From the NCBI GenBank assembly GCA_034530615.2, contig JAVRCV020000080.1, positions 1 through 64,000 on the forward strand: a stretch of 64,000 nt of DNA, in the 5' to 3' direction. This document shows, in pieces, positions 52,150 through 62,661 of the stretch. The translations under genes were made by a program, and so were the position numbers. Each line of letters opens with the position of its first letter. The stretch's first letter is position 1. The notes under the pieces were generated by a model that saw only the letters and a program-made list of their open reading frames with translations, ran no database searches and had not been told where the DNA came from. This DNA is from Aulosira sp. ZfuVER01 (GTDB taxonomy: Bacteria > Cyanobacteriota > Cyanobacteriia > Cyanobacteriales > Nostocaceae).

Positions 52150-52598
52150 TTGCTAGATTGTAGAAGCGAATTGCCGAGAGCTAGATGTGTCCCAGCACAA
52201 ATACCAAACGCCTGAAGGGGGGTTTTCCACACCTAATAGTACGGCTAGCCCCTCTAGTGGATGGGCGGGGTTTTGCCTGCCTACGTAGCACAATTGTAAA
52301 AGAGACAGCTTCAGGCAGTGAGAAATCAGAGCAGAGCGTTTACTTTGCTTGCTATTTTCGTAGCTTTTGTCGTCTCTTACGAGGAAAGCACCTGTTGCTT
52401 AATACTTGCTGGTGATTTTTGTAAAGGGGAAAAGGTAAAATCAATTATTAACAAAATTTAACTGATACCTTTCGCCCTCTACTTTCTGCCACGCCACATG
52501 CTACCCAGCTTTATATTCCTTTGGAGTACCAGCTGGGAAATCCTTAAAAGGCACAGTGGCTCTTCTGCTTTCTTCCTTCTAACTTTTACCTTTGCTAT
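52150..52598 (+). ncRNA. Candidate structured RNA or long dnaJ 5' leader with a possible pseudoknot
   Basis: TGcTAGATT -10 at 52151-52159, multiple helices, crossing pairing AAGAGAC/GTCTCTT. Confidence 0.45.
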
Positions 52599-53726
52599 AT
52601 GGCCCGCGACTATTATGAAATTCTGGGTGTCTCTCGTGACGCCGACAAAGAAGAAATCAAACAAGCTTACCGCCGCCTAGCCCGGAAGTATCACCCAGAT
52701 GTGAACAAAGAACCGGGAGCAGAGGAGCGGTTTAAGGAAATTAACCGTGCTTATGAAGTGCTTTCTGAGCCAGAAATCAGAGAGCGTTATAACCGTTTTG
52801 GTGAACAAGGGGTCTCTGGTGCGGCAGCTGCTGGTTTCCAAGATATGGGTGATATGGGCGGCTTTGCCGATATCTTTGAAAGCATTTTCAGTGGTTTTGC
52901 TGGTGGAATGGGTGGCCCAACCCAAAGACGACGCAGCGGGCCTGTGCGTGGTGATGACCTGCGATTAGACCTGAAGTTAGATTTTCGGGAAGCGGTATTT
53001 GGTGGTGAAAAAGAAATTCGCATTTCTCATTTAGAAACCTGTGATATCTGTAGTGGTTCGGGAGCAAAACCAGGAACTCGCCCGCGCACTTGTTCAACTT
53101 GTAGCGGTTCAGGTCAAGTACGTCGTGTCACGAGAACGCCCTTTGGCAGTTTTACCCAAGTTTCTACTTGTCCTACCTGTAATGGTACGGGAACGGTAAT
53201 TGAAGACAAATGTGATGCTTGCGACGGTAAAGGCACAAATCAAATCACGAAGAAACTCAAAATTACCATTCCTGCTGGTGTGGATAATGGTACGCGCTTG
53301 CGAATTTCTCAAGAAGGAGATGCGGGACAAAGAGGAGGACCTCCGGGAGATTTATACGTCTACTTGTTCGTGAATGAAGACGAGGAATTTCACCGGGATG
53401 GCATTAACATTCTTTCAGAAATTAAAGTTAGTTACCTGCAAGCAATTTTAGGCTGCCGTTTAGAGGTAGATACGGTTGATGGTCCAGTAGAATTAATCAT
53501 TCCGCCGGGAACTCAGCCAAATACAGTGATGAAGCTAGAAAATCGTGGTGTACCACGCTTGGGAAATCCTGTCAGTCGGGGCGATCATATGCTGACAATA
53601 CTGATTGATATCCCTACCAAGGTAACTCCAGAGGAGAGAGAATTGTTAGAGAAGCTGGCTAAAATTAAGGGAGATCGCACTGGTAAAGGCGGTTTGGAAG
53701 GATTCTTGGGTAATCTGTTTAAGTAA
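52599..53726 (+). CDS. dnaJ: Type I DnaJ chaperone
   Basis: J domain HPD, G/F region, four CxxCxGxG repeats. Confidence 0.98.
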   Translation: MARDYYEILGVSRDADKEEIKQAYRRLARKYHPDVNKEPGAEERFKEINRAYEVLSEPEIRERYNRFGEQGVSGAAAAGFQDMGDMGGFADIFESIFSGFAGGMGGPTQRRRSGPVRGDDLRLDLKLDFREAVFGGEKEIRISHLETCDICSGSGAKPGTRPRTCSTCSGSGQVRRVTRTPFGSFTQVSTCPTCNGTGTVIEDKCDACDGKGTNQITKKLKITIPAGVDNGTRLRISQEGDAGQRGGPPGDLYVYLFVNEDEEFHRDGINILSEIKVSYLQAILGCRLEVDTVDGPVELIIPPGTQPNTVMKLENRGVPRLGNPVSRGDHMLTILIDIPTKVTPEERELLEKLAKIKGDRTGKGGLEGFLGNLFK

Positions 53727-53983
53727 TGAGTGTATCTTCTCTATCATCTCCTGATGCTCAACTTGACTTGCGCGGCACTCCTTGCCCGATTAATTTTGTC
53801 CGGACAAAACTACGTCTGGAAAAAATGCCACCGGGAGGTTTGCTAGAAGTTTGGCTAGACCCTGGAGAGCCAATTGAGCAGGTTCCTGATAGTTTGGCAA
53901 TGGCTGGCTATCAGGTAGAACAAATTGCAGATTGCACTGGTTATTTTTCTTTGTTAGTCCGCCGTCCTGCGATCGCCCAATGA
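53726..53983 (+). CDS. TusA/SirA-family sulfurtransferase
   Basis: LDLRGTPCPINFVRTKL motif. Confidence 0.9.
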   Translation: MSVSSLSSPDAQLDLRGTPCPINFVRTKLRLEKMPPGGLLEVWLDPGEPIEQVPDSLAMAGYQVEQIADCTGYFSLLVRRPAIAQ

Positions 53984-55068
53984 CAGGAGTAACTAATTTC
54001 ACCACTGGACAGTTACTCGGTACAGTGCTAGCTGTACAAGCGAATTTTTACCAAGTCCAGTTGGATCAAGAGTTTGGGGAGATGAGGGAGGAAGATCCTC
54101 CTCATCTCCCGATGCTTCTGTGTACCCGGAGAACACGCTTAAAAAAAATAGGACAACAGGTGATGGTGGGCGATCGCGTGGTCATCGAAGAACCAGATTG
54201 GTCTGGGGGACGAGGCGCGATCGCTGATGTTTTACCTCGTCAAACTCAGTTAGACCGTCCGCCAATTGCTAATGTCAACCAGATTATGCTGGTATTTGCT
54301 GTGGCAGATCCACCTCTGGAACCTTATCAGTTAAGTCGCTTTTTGATCAAAGCTGAATCTACTGGCTTAGATGTGGTTTTATGCCTGAATAAAAGTGATT
54401 TAGTTTCACCACAGGTACAGCAAGAAATTAGCGATCGCCTTGTCGCATGGGGTTATCAACCAATATTTATTAGCGTCAAAAATTGTATAAATATTGACCA
54501 ATTATCTAAATACCTGAATAATAAAACTACTGTAATAGCTGGCCCTTCTGGTGTTGGTAAATCTAGTTTAATAAATACACTGGTTCCTAATGTAAATTTG
54601 CGCGTCGGTGAAGTTTCCGGTAAATTAGCTCGTGGTCGCCACACTACCCGCCACGTAGAATTATTTGAACTACCTAGCAAAGGTTTACTAGCAGATACTC
54701 CAGGCTTTAATCAACCAGACCTCGATTGTACTCCCGAAGAATTAGTATATTATTTCCCTGAAGTAAGAGCGCAGTTAGCAGTTGCTAGCTGTCGGTTTAG
54801 CGATTGCTTGCATCGTGATGAGCCTGATTGTGTTGTGCGGGGAGATTGGGAACGCTATCCACATTATCTGGAATTTTTAGACGAAGCGATCGCCTATCAA
54901 ACTCAGCGTAACCAGCAAGCAGACCCCGAATCTACTCTGAAGCTGAAAACTAAAGGCAAAGGTCAGAGCCAATACGAACCAAAGTTAGAAAGTAAAAAAT
55001 ATCGCCGTGTGGCTCGCAAGACGCAACTGCAAGCTTTACAGGATTTGTATCAAGATAGCGAGGAATGA
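53980..55068 (+). CDS. rsgA: Ribosome small subunit-dependent GTPase A
   Basis: NKSD, GPSGVGKSS, GRHTT, DTPG, C.F.DC.H..EP.C zinc finger; ATG overlaps the tusA-family stop. Confidence 0.96.
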   Translation: MTGVTNFTTGQLLGTVLAVQANFYQVQLDQEFGEMREEDPPHLPMLLCTRRTRLKKIGQQVMVGDRVVIEEPDWSGGRGAIADVLPRQTQLDRPPIANVNQIMLVFAVADPPLEPYQLSRFLIKAESTGLDVVLCLNKSDLVSPQVQQEISDRLVAWGYQPIFISVKNCINIDQLSKYLNNKTTVIAGPSGVGKSSLINTLVPNVNLRVGEVSGKLARGRHTTRHVELFELPSKGLLADTPGFNQPDLDCTPEELVYYFPEVRAQLAVASCRFSDCLHRDEPDCVVRGDWERYPHYLEFLDEAIAYQTQRNQQADPESTLKLKTKGKGQSQYEPKLESKKYRRVARKTQLQALQDLYQDSEE

Positions 55069-55502
55069 GGTAACACCAAAGCTGATAACGCTAACATAGA
55101 TACGAAACAGTTGCAGTTGTAGCAAGTAAACCAACAAATCAAAAAATAACACCAACGACCTGAAAGGTGGCTATCAAGCTTGTCAGATGCAGGTATTAGC
55201 CCTGAAAAATTTGTTGAAAAATCAAATTTTGTCGGTTTCAGAGCTCACGAAGTGTTGGAAAATATTGCCATGAATCAAATAATCTCTAAATCAAAACTTT
55301 AACAGTGCGATCGCTTGTCAAATGCATCTGTAAAAAAATTGAATCTAGAGTCTCCATAATCAGATCGGAATTCCTGCTAAGGAAGGAGATTGATAGGAAA
55401 AAATCATTAAATAATGTCACGATCCCAATAAAGTCTTAAAATATTGTTAATTTCTGCCAAACCTCTCGACCTTCAACTTACACGTACCACCCCTAAATAA
55501 CT

Positions 55503-57092
55503 ATGGCTATAGGCTACGTCGCGCTAGTACTCCACGCACATCTGCCCTTCGTTCGTCACCCAGAAAGTGATTATGTGTTGGAGGAAGAATGGCTATATGA
55601 AGCCATTACTGAAACTTATATTCCTTTATTGAAAGTATTTGAAGGATTAAAGCGAGACGGCATCGACTTTAAAATCACGATGAGCATGACACCACCTTTG
55701 GTATCAATGCTCCGCGATCCGCTATTGCAAGAACGCTATGATGCACACTTAGCCCAACTAGAAGAACTGATCGAACTAGAAGCTGAACGTAATGTTCATA
55801 ACGGGCATATTAAGTATTTAGCCGAACATTACGCCAAGGAGTTTAACGAAGCGCGTCAGATATGGGAACACTACAAAGGTGATTTGGTAACAGCGTTTAA
55901 GCAGTACCAAGATAGTAATAACCTGGAAATCATTACTTGTGGTGCTACTCATGGCTACCTACCATTGATGAAAATGTATCCACAAGCCGTGTGGGCACAA
56001 ATTCAGGTAGCTTGCGAACACTACGAAGAAACTTTTGGACAAGCACCTAGAGGTATTTGGTTGCCGGAATGCGCCTACTATGAGGGTGTAGAGCGAATGC
56101 TGGCAGATGCAGGGTTACGCTACTTCCTCACTGATGGACATGGCATTCTTTACGCCCGTCCCCGTCCGCGGTTTGGCACCTATGCCCCCATTTTTACCGA
56201 AACTGGTGTTGCTGCCTTTGGACGCGATCATGAGTCTTCTCAACAGGTATGGTCGTCTGAAGTGGGCTATCCTGGTGCAGCAGAATACCGCGAATTTTAT
56301 AAAGATTTGGGCTGGGAAGCTGAGTATGAGTACATCAAGCCTTACATCATGCCCAATGGACAGCGTAAAAATACAGGGATTAAGTATCATAAAATTACTG
56401 GACGTGGCTTAGGACTTTCTGACAAAGCACTGTATGACCCTTATTGGGCAAGGGAAAAAGCAGCAGAACACGCTGCCAACTTCATGTATAATCGAGAACG
56501 GCAAGCTGAACATCTATATGGAATAATGCAGCGCCCACCGATTATTGTGTCACCCTACGATGCAGAGTTATTTGGACATTGGTGGTACGAAGGACCTTGG
56601 TTTATTGACTATTTGTTCCGTAAATCATGGTATGACCAAGGAACCTATGCCATGACTCACTTAGCAGATTATTTACGGGCAGAACCGACTCAGCAAGTGT
56701 GTCGTCCTTCGCAATCGAGTTGGGGTTTCAAGGGATTCCATGAGTATTGGTTAAACGATACCAATGCCTGGATTTACCCGCATTTGCATAAAGCCGCCGA
56801 ACGCATGATTGAAATCTCCAACTTGGAACCAGAGGACGAATTGCAATGGAAAGCCTTAAACCAAGCAGCGCGGGAGTTACTATTGGCACAATCTTCCGAC
56901 TGGGCATTTATTATGCGTACAGGAACAATGGTGCCCTATGCTGTAAGAAGGACGCGATCGCACTTGATGCGGTTTAATAAGCTCTACGAAGATGTAAAAA
57001 TTGGCAAAGTTGATAGCGGTTGGCTAGAAAAAGTTGAGTTAATGGACAATATTTTCCCAAATATTAACTATCGTGTTTATCGTCCGTTGTAA
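55503..57092 (+). CDS. GH57 / DUF1957 glycoside hydrolase (branching-enzyme type)
   Basis: HAHLPFV, GIWLPECAY, PYDAELFGHWW and AQSSDWAF motifs. Confidence 0.93.
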   Translation: MAIGYVALVLHAHLPFVRHPESDYVLEEEWLYEAITETYIPLLKVFEGLKRDGIDFKITMSMTPPLVSMLRDPLLQERYDAHLAQLEELIELEAERNVHNGHIKYLAEHYAKEFNEARQIWEHYKGDLVTAFKQYQDSNNLEIITCGATHGYLPLMKMYPQAVWAQIQVACEHYEETFGQAPRGIWLPECAYYEGVERMLADAGLRYFLTDGHGILYARPRPRFGTYAPIFTETGVAAFGRDHESSQQVWSSEVGYPGAAEYREFYKDLGWEAEYEYIKPYIMPNGQRKNTGIKYHKITGRGLGLSDKALYDPYWAREKAAEHAANFMYNRERQAEHLYGIMQRPPIIVSPYDAELFGHWWYEGPWFIDYLFRKSWYDQGTYAMTHLADYLRAEPTQQVCRPSQSSWGFKGFHEYWLNDTNAWIYPHLHKAAERMIEISNLEPEDELQWKALNQAARELLLAQSSDWAFIMRTGTMVPYAVRRTRSHLMRFNKLYEDVKIGKVDSGWLEKVELMDNIFPNINYRVYRPL

Positions 57093-57126
57093 GATTCCGG
57101 ACACGAACACATAGATGTCAGAACTG

Positions 57127-57149
57127 GTAGGGTGGGTATTGCCCACCCT
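57127..57149. repeat. GTAG-family REP hairpin downstream of GH57
   Basis: GTAGGGTGGG-tattg-CCCACCCT. Confidence 0.7.
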
Positions 57150-57857
57150 TAAACTATATTTGATAATAAATATAATTAGTAATACCAATTTGAAAAAAGA
57201 ATGCGACAGATAGATTCTTAGGAAGCGAGATATAGAAAGCTATTCCCAATGCAAAATCTAAAATTGTATAAAATATAATGCTAAGATTTGTAGTTTAAGA
57301 ATTTTATCAATTGTTGGCAAAATGTTAAAGCTGGTTGCATCTAGGGAAGTTACAATCCTCTTACCCTGGCTATAAATGGCTATTGAATAAATTTATTTAT
57401 TCTTGAGAAAGCAAGAAATATTTGATAATTGTAAAAACATATATTAGATAATTACAATAAAATTTAATAATCTGGAAAAAAGCTCACCACAGAGTTTTGA
57501 TGTCAAGAGATTTTTAGGTTCTCGTGAGTTGAATGATGAGGTAGGCTGCACACTAAAATTATCTTTCTACGATCATAGGATCAATGATTCTGTGGAGTTC
57601 TCTTACTTATCAAATCTAAAGCTATCTACTTAAGATATTACTAAAGATATTACTAATTGACTATGATTTTGGTTCTCCTAGACTAGCTATGTAAAATTAA
57701 TATTTAATATCAGCTTGAATTATCACATAGCGAGGGATTCAAACAAAACAGGCGTATTTTTATTAAATCTTTTATTTTGTATTACTAAAAGGTAGCTATA
57801 TCAATAACTTTAGCCTGTTTTTATTATTAATTTATCATAACTACTCTGGGAGATCCA

Positions 57858-58766
57858 TTATTTTTTATTTGCAATAAACTTTTCGTCTTTATCTTGCATT
57901 TCTAAAAGTTCAGGAACAGTTACAAAGCTATATCCCTGCTTGCGAAAGTTAGCAATAATTGTTGGTAAAGCTTGTACAGTTTGGGAACGATTACCACCGC
58001 CATCATGCATTAGCACAATACCACCCGGTTTTGCCTCTCTAAACACATTATTTATTAACCTTGGCACACTGGGACGAGAGTAATCCATAGAGTCAGAAGA
58101 CCACATGATAATAGCGTACTTGCTATTCTTAGCGTAAGCAGCTACTCCATTATGCATATTTCCCCCAGGTGGTCGAAATAAGTTTGTTTTTATACCTGTA
58201 AGTTGAAAAATTAAGTTTGTTGTATTCTCAATTTCATAAGCAGCTGTTTGTGGATTCATGAAATGATACCAATGATGCCAGGTATGATTAGCAATAGTAT
58301 GGCCTTCAGCTACCACTCGCTTGGTAAGATCTGGATAATTTTTGACGTTCTGCCCAACCACAAAAAATGTCGATTTGATATCATTTTTTTTAAGTATGTC
58401 TAGTACTTGTGCAGTACTTTCAGGCCAAGGACCGTCATCAAAAGTAAGAGCAATGACTTTCTTGCCTTGAGTTATTTTTGCAGCTTCAATAGTTTTTCCT
58501 AGAAAACTTGGTGGGATAGCATAAGCGAAACCTTTAGCTTTGGCTTGTTGCTGCCAACTTGAAAGCATCGTCACCTTTAAGCTTTCAATACGCTCTTGAG
58601 TCCCCACTTTAGCAGAGGTAGCGGTTTCACTTATGGTAGTCTGACTCTGAGCCTCAGAGGGATTTGGTTTGACAAGCATCATCAAGCCAAGACTGAAGCT
58701 ACCAACTAAGGCAACTAGTGCAATTAATAGTCCTTGCGGCCAAAAAAACGACTTATTGTGTTCCAC
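57858..58766 (-). CDS. Polysaccharide deacetylase (CE4/NodB)
   Basis: TFDDGP, HTWHH, FRPPGG, IVLMHDGG; N-terminal TM. Confidence 0.95.
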   Translation of the reverse strand: MEHNKSFFWPQGLLIALVALVGSFSLGLMMLVKPNPSEAQSQTTISETATSAKVGTQERIESLKVTMLSSWQQQAKAKGFAYAIPPSFLGKTIEAAKITQGKKVIALTFDDGPWPESTAQVLDILKKNDIKSTFFVVGQNVKNYPDLTKRVVAEGHTIANHTWHHWYHFMNPQTAAYEIENTTNLIFQLTGIKTNLFRPPGGNMHNGVAAYAKNSKYAIIMWSSDSMDYSRPSVPRLINNVFREAKPGGIVLMHDGGGNRSQTVQALPTIIANFRKQGYSFVTVPELLEMQDKDEKFIANKK

Positions 58767-59924
58767 TTAATAGCTCCTTCAAGAGTTGAACCATCAGCTA
58801 GGTATCTGACGGTTCGTTATAACATATTTTTTTACACACTTAGATACACAGACACGATCTGGTAGTCTTGAAAAATTGAATCAAGATTAACAGAAATTTA
58901 GCAATCAGTCATATAGATTAAAAAGTCCAACCGAAACCCAGATGATGGGTTCATAAAAACTGCTATCTATACGATATTTGCTACTGTTTAATGTCAACTA
59001 TTAAATCTACAAGGTTTGAGCCTTGGATTTGTATCTATCAATAACTAAAACAACTAAAACAAAGAAACAGAACAATCGGGTGATTGACTGCACCTTTCAA
59101 ATTTCGTAGTAATAATACTGAATTTACTCAGATTTATTGCCTATCACTTCATTAAATAGGAAATTATTTACTTCTTATGACTTGGGCGTTTAAATATCCC
59201 ATAAGTAAGCTATTTAGCTAGGCAATCAAAGATGTAGCATCTACCCAAAAAGCATTTAACGAATTATTCAGTTTCATAGGTGACAGAGTATATTGTAATG
59301 CTGACAGTGATTTTTTCTTTTTTAAGAAAAAGTTAAATTTTTAACTTTTGATTGTTACCCTTACCTTCCCTTAAGCAAAGAGACGAGATCCAATTGAATA
59401 TAGTTTCTCACCGCCTAGTTCGATTTAGTCGTTAACCAAGATACTCTTTACTCATTCACAAAGAAAAAATTTATTTAGATTTAGGTTTCTATCTTGTGGC
59501 TATAACTTGACATGATACTTAAACTATTGGCTAATTAATATTTACTTCTATAAGCAAACAGCAGTGTTAGCCAACGTTTACTATGGACTATACTTAATTA
59601 ATATAATAATTCTACATATTTTATAATAATAAAACTACTCAAGATTGCCGCAAAATTACTTAGAACAGTAATTTTGTTGGGTGTAATCATATCATAATTG
59701 TGAACAGATTCAAATATAAGTTCTAATGAGTTAAGTGTCACCAGTATTTATTTAGTATTTTTATTTAAAAAAATAGTACTTTATTATACTTAATACTTTC
59801 AGCCATACCTGCGTAGGCATATTCGATGTTTACCCTTAGGGTTATCCACAAAGGTTATCAACACCTAGGGTAGTCTCCCTAGACATCGCATCTCCTAAAA
59901 TGCCCTCGCGTCCGGTATCCGCAT

Positions 59925-61184
59925 TTAAGCTAGCCATAAATCTTGAGAAAATCTGATAGAAAAGGTTGCTATGAGAATAGCGAAGAAACTGATAATTGCA
60001 TATCCCCAACGAGGGTAACGAGCAAGCAACAATCCCAATCCTACTGATAATGACACAATACCGTAAGCATAGCGCTCAACAGACAAGGTATTCCCAATGT
60101 TGAGAATTAACAAAAAAGAGCAAAAGCCGTAGACAACAGCTGCTAAAGGAATTTTATTCCTAGAAATCCATAAAAAATAAATACCACCAAAAACCAGCAA
60201 AATTTTAATATATGGATCGCCTCCTAATAGCCATAGTGTTAAATTTAACAGATAAAATCCGAGTATCAGTTTGATAGAAGCGAACTTATGACGGAAGTGC
60301 CATAATAAACAACCGCTAATAATACAGATTGTAAACAGCAGAGGATGTAATAAGTCTTGAATTTGACTAGACTGTGCATTAACTGGGCCTATGACAACTA
60401 ACATCAGGTTATACCACCAACCTTGCCAGTCAAAACCTGCTGACGAACGCCATCCTTTTTGTGCGTGAATAAAAGCTAACGCATCACCAAATTTAATTTG
60501 GCAATACAAACTATAAATAGATACACCTAATCCCACGGCTAAACTAGCAATATAAGCTTTTATACCTCTGCGTTCTTTCCAAGAAACAAATAAAAACGCA
60601 GGTATCAGCGCCATTCCTGGAGATCTTGTTGCGGTGGATAATGCACCCCAGAAGGCTACCGAGAGATACTTTTGTTTGTCAAAGGCTCGTAAGGCAGCTG
60701 TGGTAAATAATAAAAACAAACCTTCAGTGTATATAACTGTTCCATAAACAGAATAAGGACACCATGCTAAAGTTGCTGTAGCCCACCTTGCCGCATTTGT
60801 ACCGTAATTCTCTTCTACCCAAAAATACAGCACAATCAAAGCAGCTAAAAATGCCAAATTATTCAAAAGCACACCTGCTACTTCATAAGGCAATCCGAGG
60901 CACATAATGAGATGAATTAATAAAGGAAAAAGTGGGAAGAAAGCAACAGCACTCTGTCCATATTCGTTGGTATATCCATAGCCAAAAGTAGAAATTATCT
61001 GATACCAAATACTATCCCAAGCGGAAAAAACATTCCAACTAAATGTAGCAGCAATACCATTTGGTGGAGTTGGTAGTAAAGGAGCAATAAATAACATAGC
61101 AATAACAATTAGTAGGCGGCTAGATAGCCACATTGCTATGGCAAAGAATAAACTATTTTTCAGTAATTCTTTAGTTTTTATCAT
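59925..61184 (-). CDS. GT-C membrane mannosyltransferase-family (PIG-V-like) protein
   Basis: WDSIWY..I...GY, AFFPLFP, YTEGLF, TRSPG; many TMs. Confidence 0.82.
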   Translation of the reverse strand: MIKTKELLKNSLFFAIAMWLSSRLLIVIAMLFIAPLLPTPPNGIAATFSWNVFSAWDSIWYQIISTFGYGYTNEYGQSAVAFFPLFPLLIHLIMCLGLPYEVAGVLLNNLAFLAALIVLYFWVEENYGTNAARWATATLAWCPYSVYGTVIYTEGLFLLFTTAALRAFDKQKYLSVAFWGALSTATRSPGMALIPAFLFVSWKERRGIKAYIASLAVGLGVSIYSLYCQIKFGDALAFIHAQKGWRSSAGFDWQGWWYNLMLVVIGPVNAQSSQIQDLLHPLLFTICIISGCLLWHFRHKFASIKLILGFYLLNLTLWLLGGDPYIKILLVFGGIYFLWISRNKIPLAAVVYGFCSFLLILNIGNTLSVERYAYGIVSLSVGLGLLLARYPRWGYAIISFFAILIATFSIRFSQDLWLA

Positions 61185-61230
61185 TGAAATAGCTCATCTG
61201 TATATTTATTGTTTAAATAGAAAGATACAT

Positions 61231-62598
61231 TTAACCCAACCAGTTATCTTGACCATAGCGTACCCATTGCTGTATGAGAACAATTGCTGAAAGTGAAATT
61301 AAACAGAACAGAGTGTTATATTTTGTCTTTCCAGGTATACAGCGATATAAATATCCAATAGCTACAAATAAGAAAGGCATAGCAAAAACATATCTCCCTA
61401 AACTAAACAGACTACCTTGGGTTAAAAATACTATCAGAGAGTGAGCGACAGTAAAATAAATACAAAACCAAAAAATATAATTTTTTCCTAAACTATGCGC
61501 ATAATTTGATAATTTAAAATTACTTTGCGATTTATTTTTATTGGCTTTAACAAAGTTAAATAAATACCCAACAATTAACAAAGGAGGATACAGAAATAAT
61601 ATATTCAACCATATCCTAAATTTAGGAACAACTATGTATGGCTCAGGCTGAATTACTTTTAGATAAACAAACGTAAGTGATAAAAACAAAACAATTAACG
61701 GGAAATAAAGCCCTAATAAGTCAATTAGCAAGCTTTTGGGAATAAATAATAGTTCTAAATGCAAGCCAAAACTTTTTCCCCAGTCACTTTGGTCATGGAA
61801 GGGTGCAAGGAAATCGCCTCTAGTATGCCAACAGAAAATTCCGTAAACAGCATATCCTAATAATGCTGATATCCATACAGTGATAGTCAGTTTTAGCTCA
61901 TGCCGATATCTTTGCAAATTCCTTAATACATTACTTATAGAATATTTTTCTAATTGTATGCATTTCCATATAGTAATTGTGAAAATAGCTGCTGTGGTTG
62001 AGAAAAGTGTTTGGACTAGTATTGGTCTAGTTAAAGACATCAAAAATGTTACAACAAACAAAAAAAGTAGCTTGAAATTATGATTAATGTTTAATTTTGG
62101 CAAGCATATCCAAATAAAAAATATGCTAAAAAATGTGAATAAACTTTCTGTGTAACCTATGACGCGAAATATTGCCATAGGATTAATAGCATAAGCTAAA
62201 CTCAAAATAAATGCTAAATAAAAACTTTTTAAAGCTGTATGTAAAAGCCAAAAAAATAAAAATGTACAAATAAAAAATAAAATAGTTGCAGAAACTAAAA
62301 AATAGTGTGCAGCTTGTTCTATTGTTTGGGGATGAAAGATATTACGGATGAGGAATGGCCATAGAGGATAAAAAGCTTTGCAAGTAGGATTTATAGCCAT
62401 TTCTGCATAAGCTTCTACGTCCCAGTAGTAACTCTTGTGGGGTGCAACTGGAGGTATTTCTCGAAATAACCTAGATGCAGAAAAAAACTTATGAAAAGCT
62501 TCTGGATAAATTAGCATTCCTGCAACAGCGCAAAGAATAAAGACAATGCAGATAATTAAAGGTAATACCCAACTAATAATACTTTTTTTCTTAGCCAC
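61231..62598 (-). CDS. Divergent GT-C / PIG-V-like membrane glycosyltransferase
   Basis: YWDVEAY, AFYPLWP, GYTESLF, LTRP; many TMs; GTG start. Confidence 0.7.
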   Translation of the reverse strand: MAKKKSIISWVLPLIICIVFILCAVAGMLIYPEAFHKFFSASRLFREIPPVAPHKSYYWDVEAYAEMAINPTCKAFYPLWPFLIRNIFHPQTIEQAAHYFLVSATILFFICTFLFFWLLHTALKSFYLAFILSLAYAINPMAIFRVIGYTESLFTFFSIFFIWICLPKLNINHNFKLLFLFVVTFLMSLTRPILVQTLFSTTAAIFTITIWKCIQLEKYSISNVLRNLQRYRHELKLTITVWISALLGYAVYGIFCWHTRGDFLAPFHDQSDWGKSFGLHLELLFIPKSLLIDLLGLYFPLIVLFLSLTFVYLKVIQPEPYIVVPKFRIWLNILFLYPPLLIVGYLFNFVKANKNKSQSNFKLSNYAHSLGKNYIFWFCIYFTVAHSLIVFLTQGSLFSLGRYVFAMPFLFVAIGYLYRCIPGKTKYNTLFCLISLSAIVLIQQWVRYGQDNWLG

Positions 62599-62661
62599 CT
62601 AGTATTATGTCTCCCCCCAACAATAACTTTAGTAACTAGTAAATCAACTGAGAAATAATAA

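Noticed and set aside
52185..52415. 76-aa ORF in the dnaK-dnaJ spacer
   Set aside because: No SD or recognisable domain; the sequence is better explained by RNA structure
55147..55257. Modest hairpins downstream of rsgA
   Set aside because: AT-rich, short stems compatible with chance or a simple terminator region
57534..57560. TGATGAG as a hammerhead ribozyme core
   Set aside because: No CUGAUGA/GAAA core with the required stems
59842..59863. DnaA-box-like TTATCCACA and TTATCAACA (possible oriC)
   Set aside because: Only two boxes, inside a small palindromic repeat-like element, and no dnaA/dnaN context
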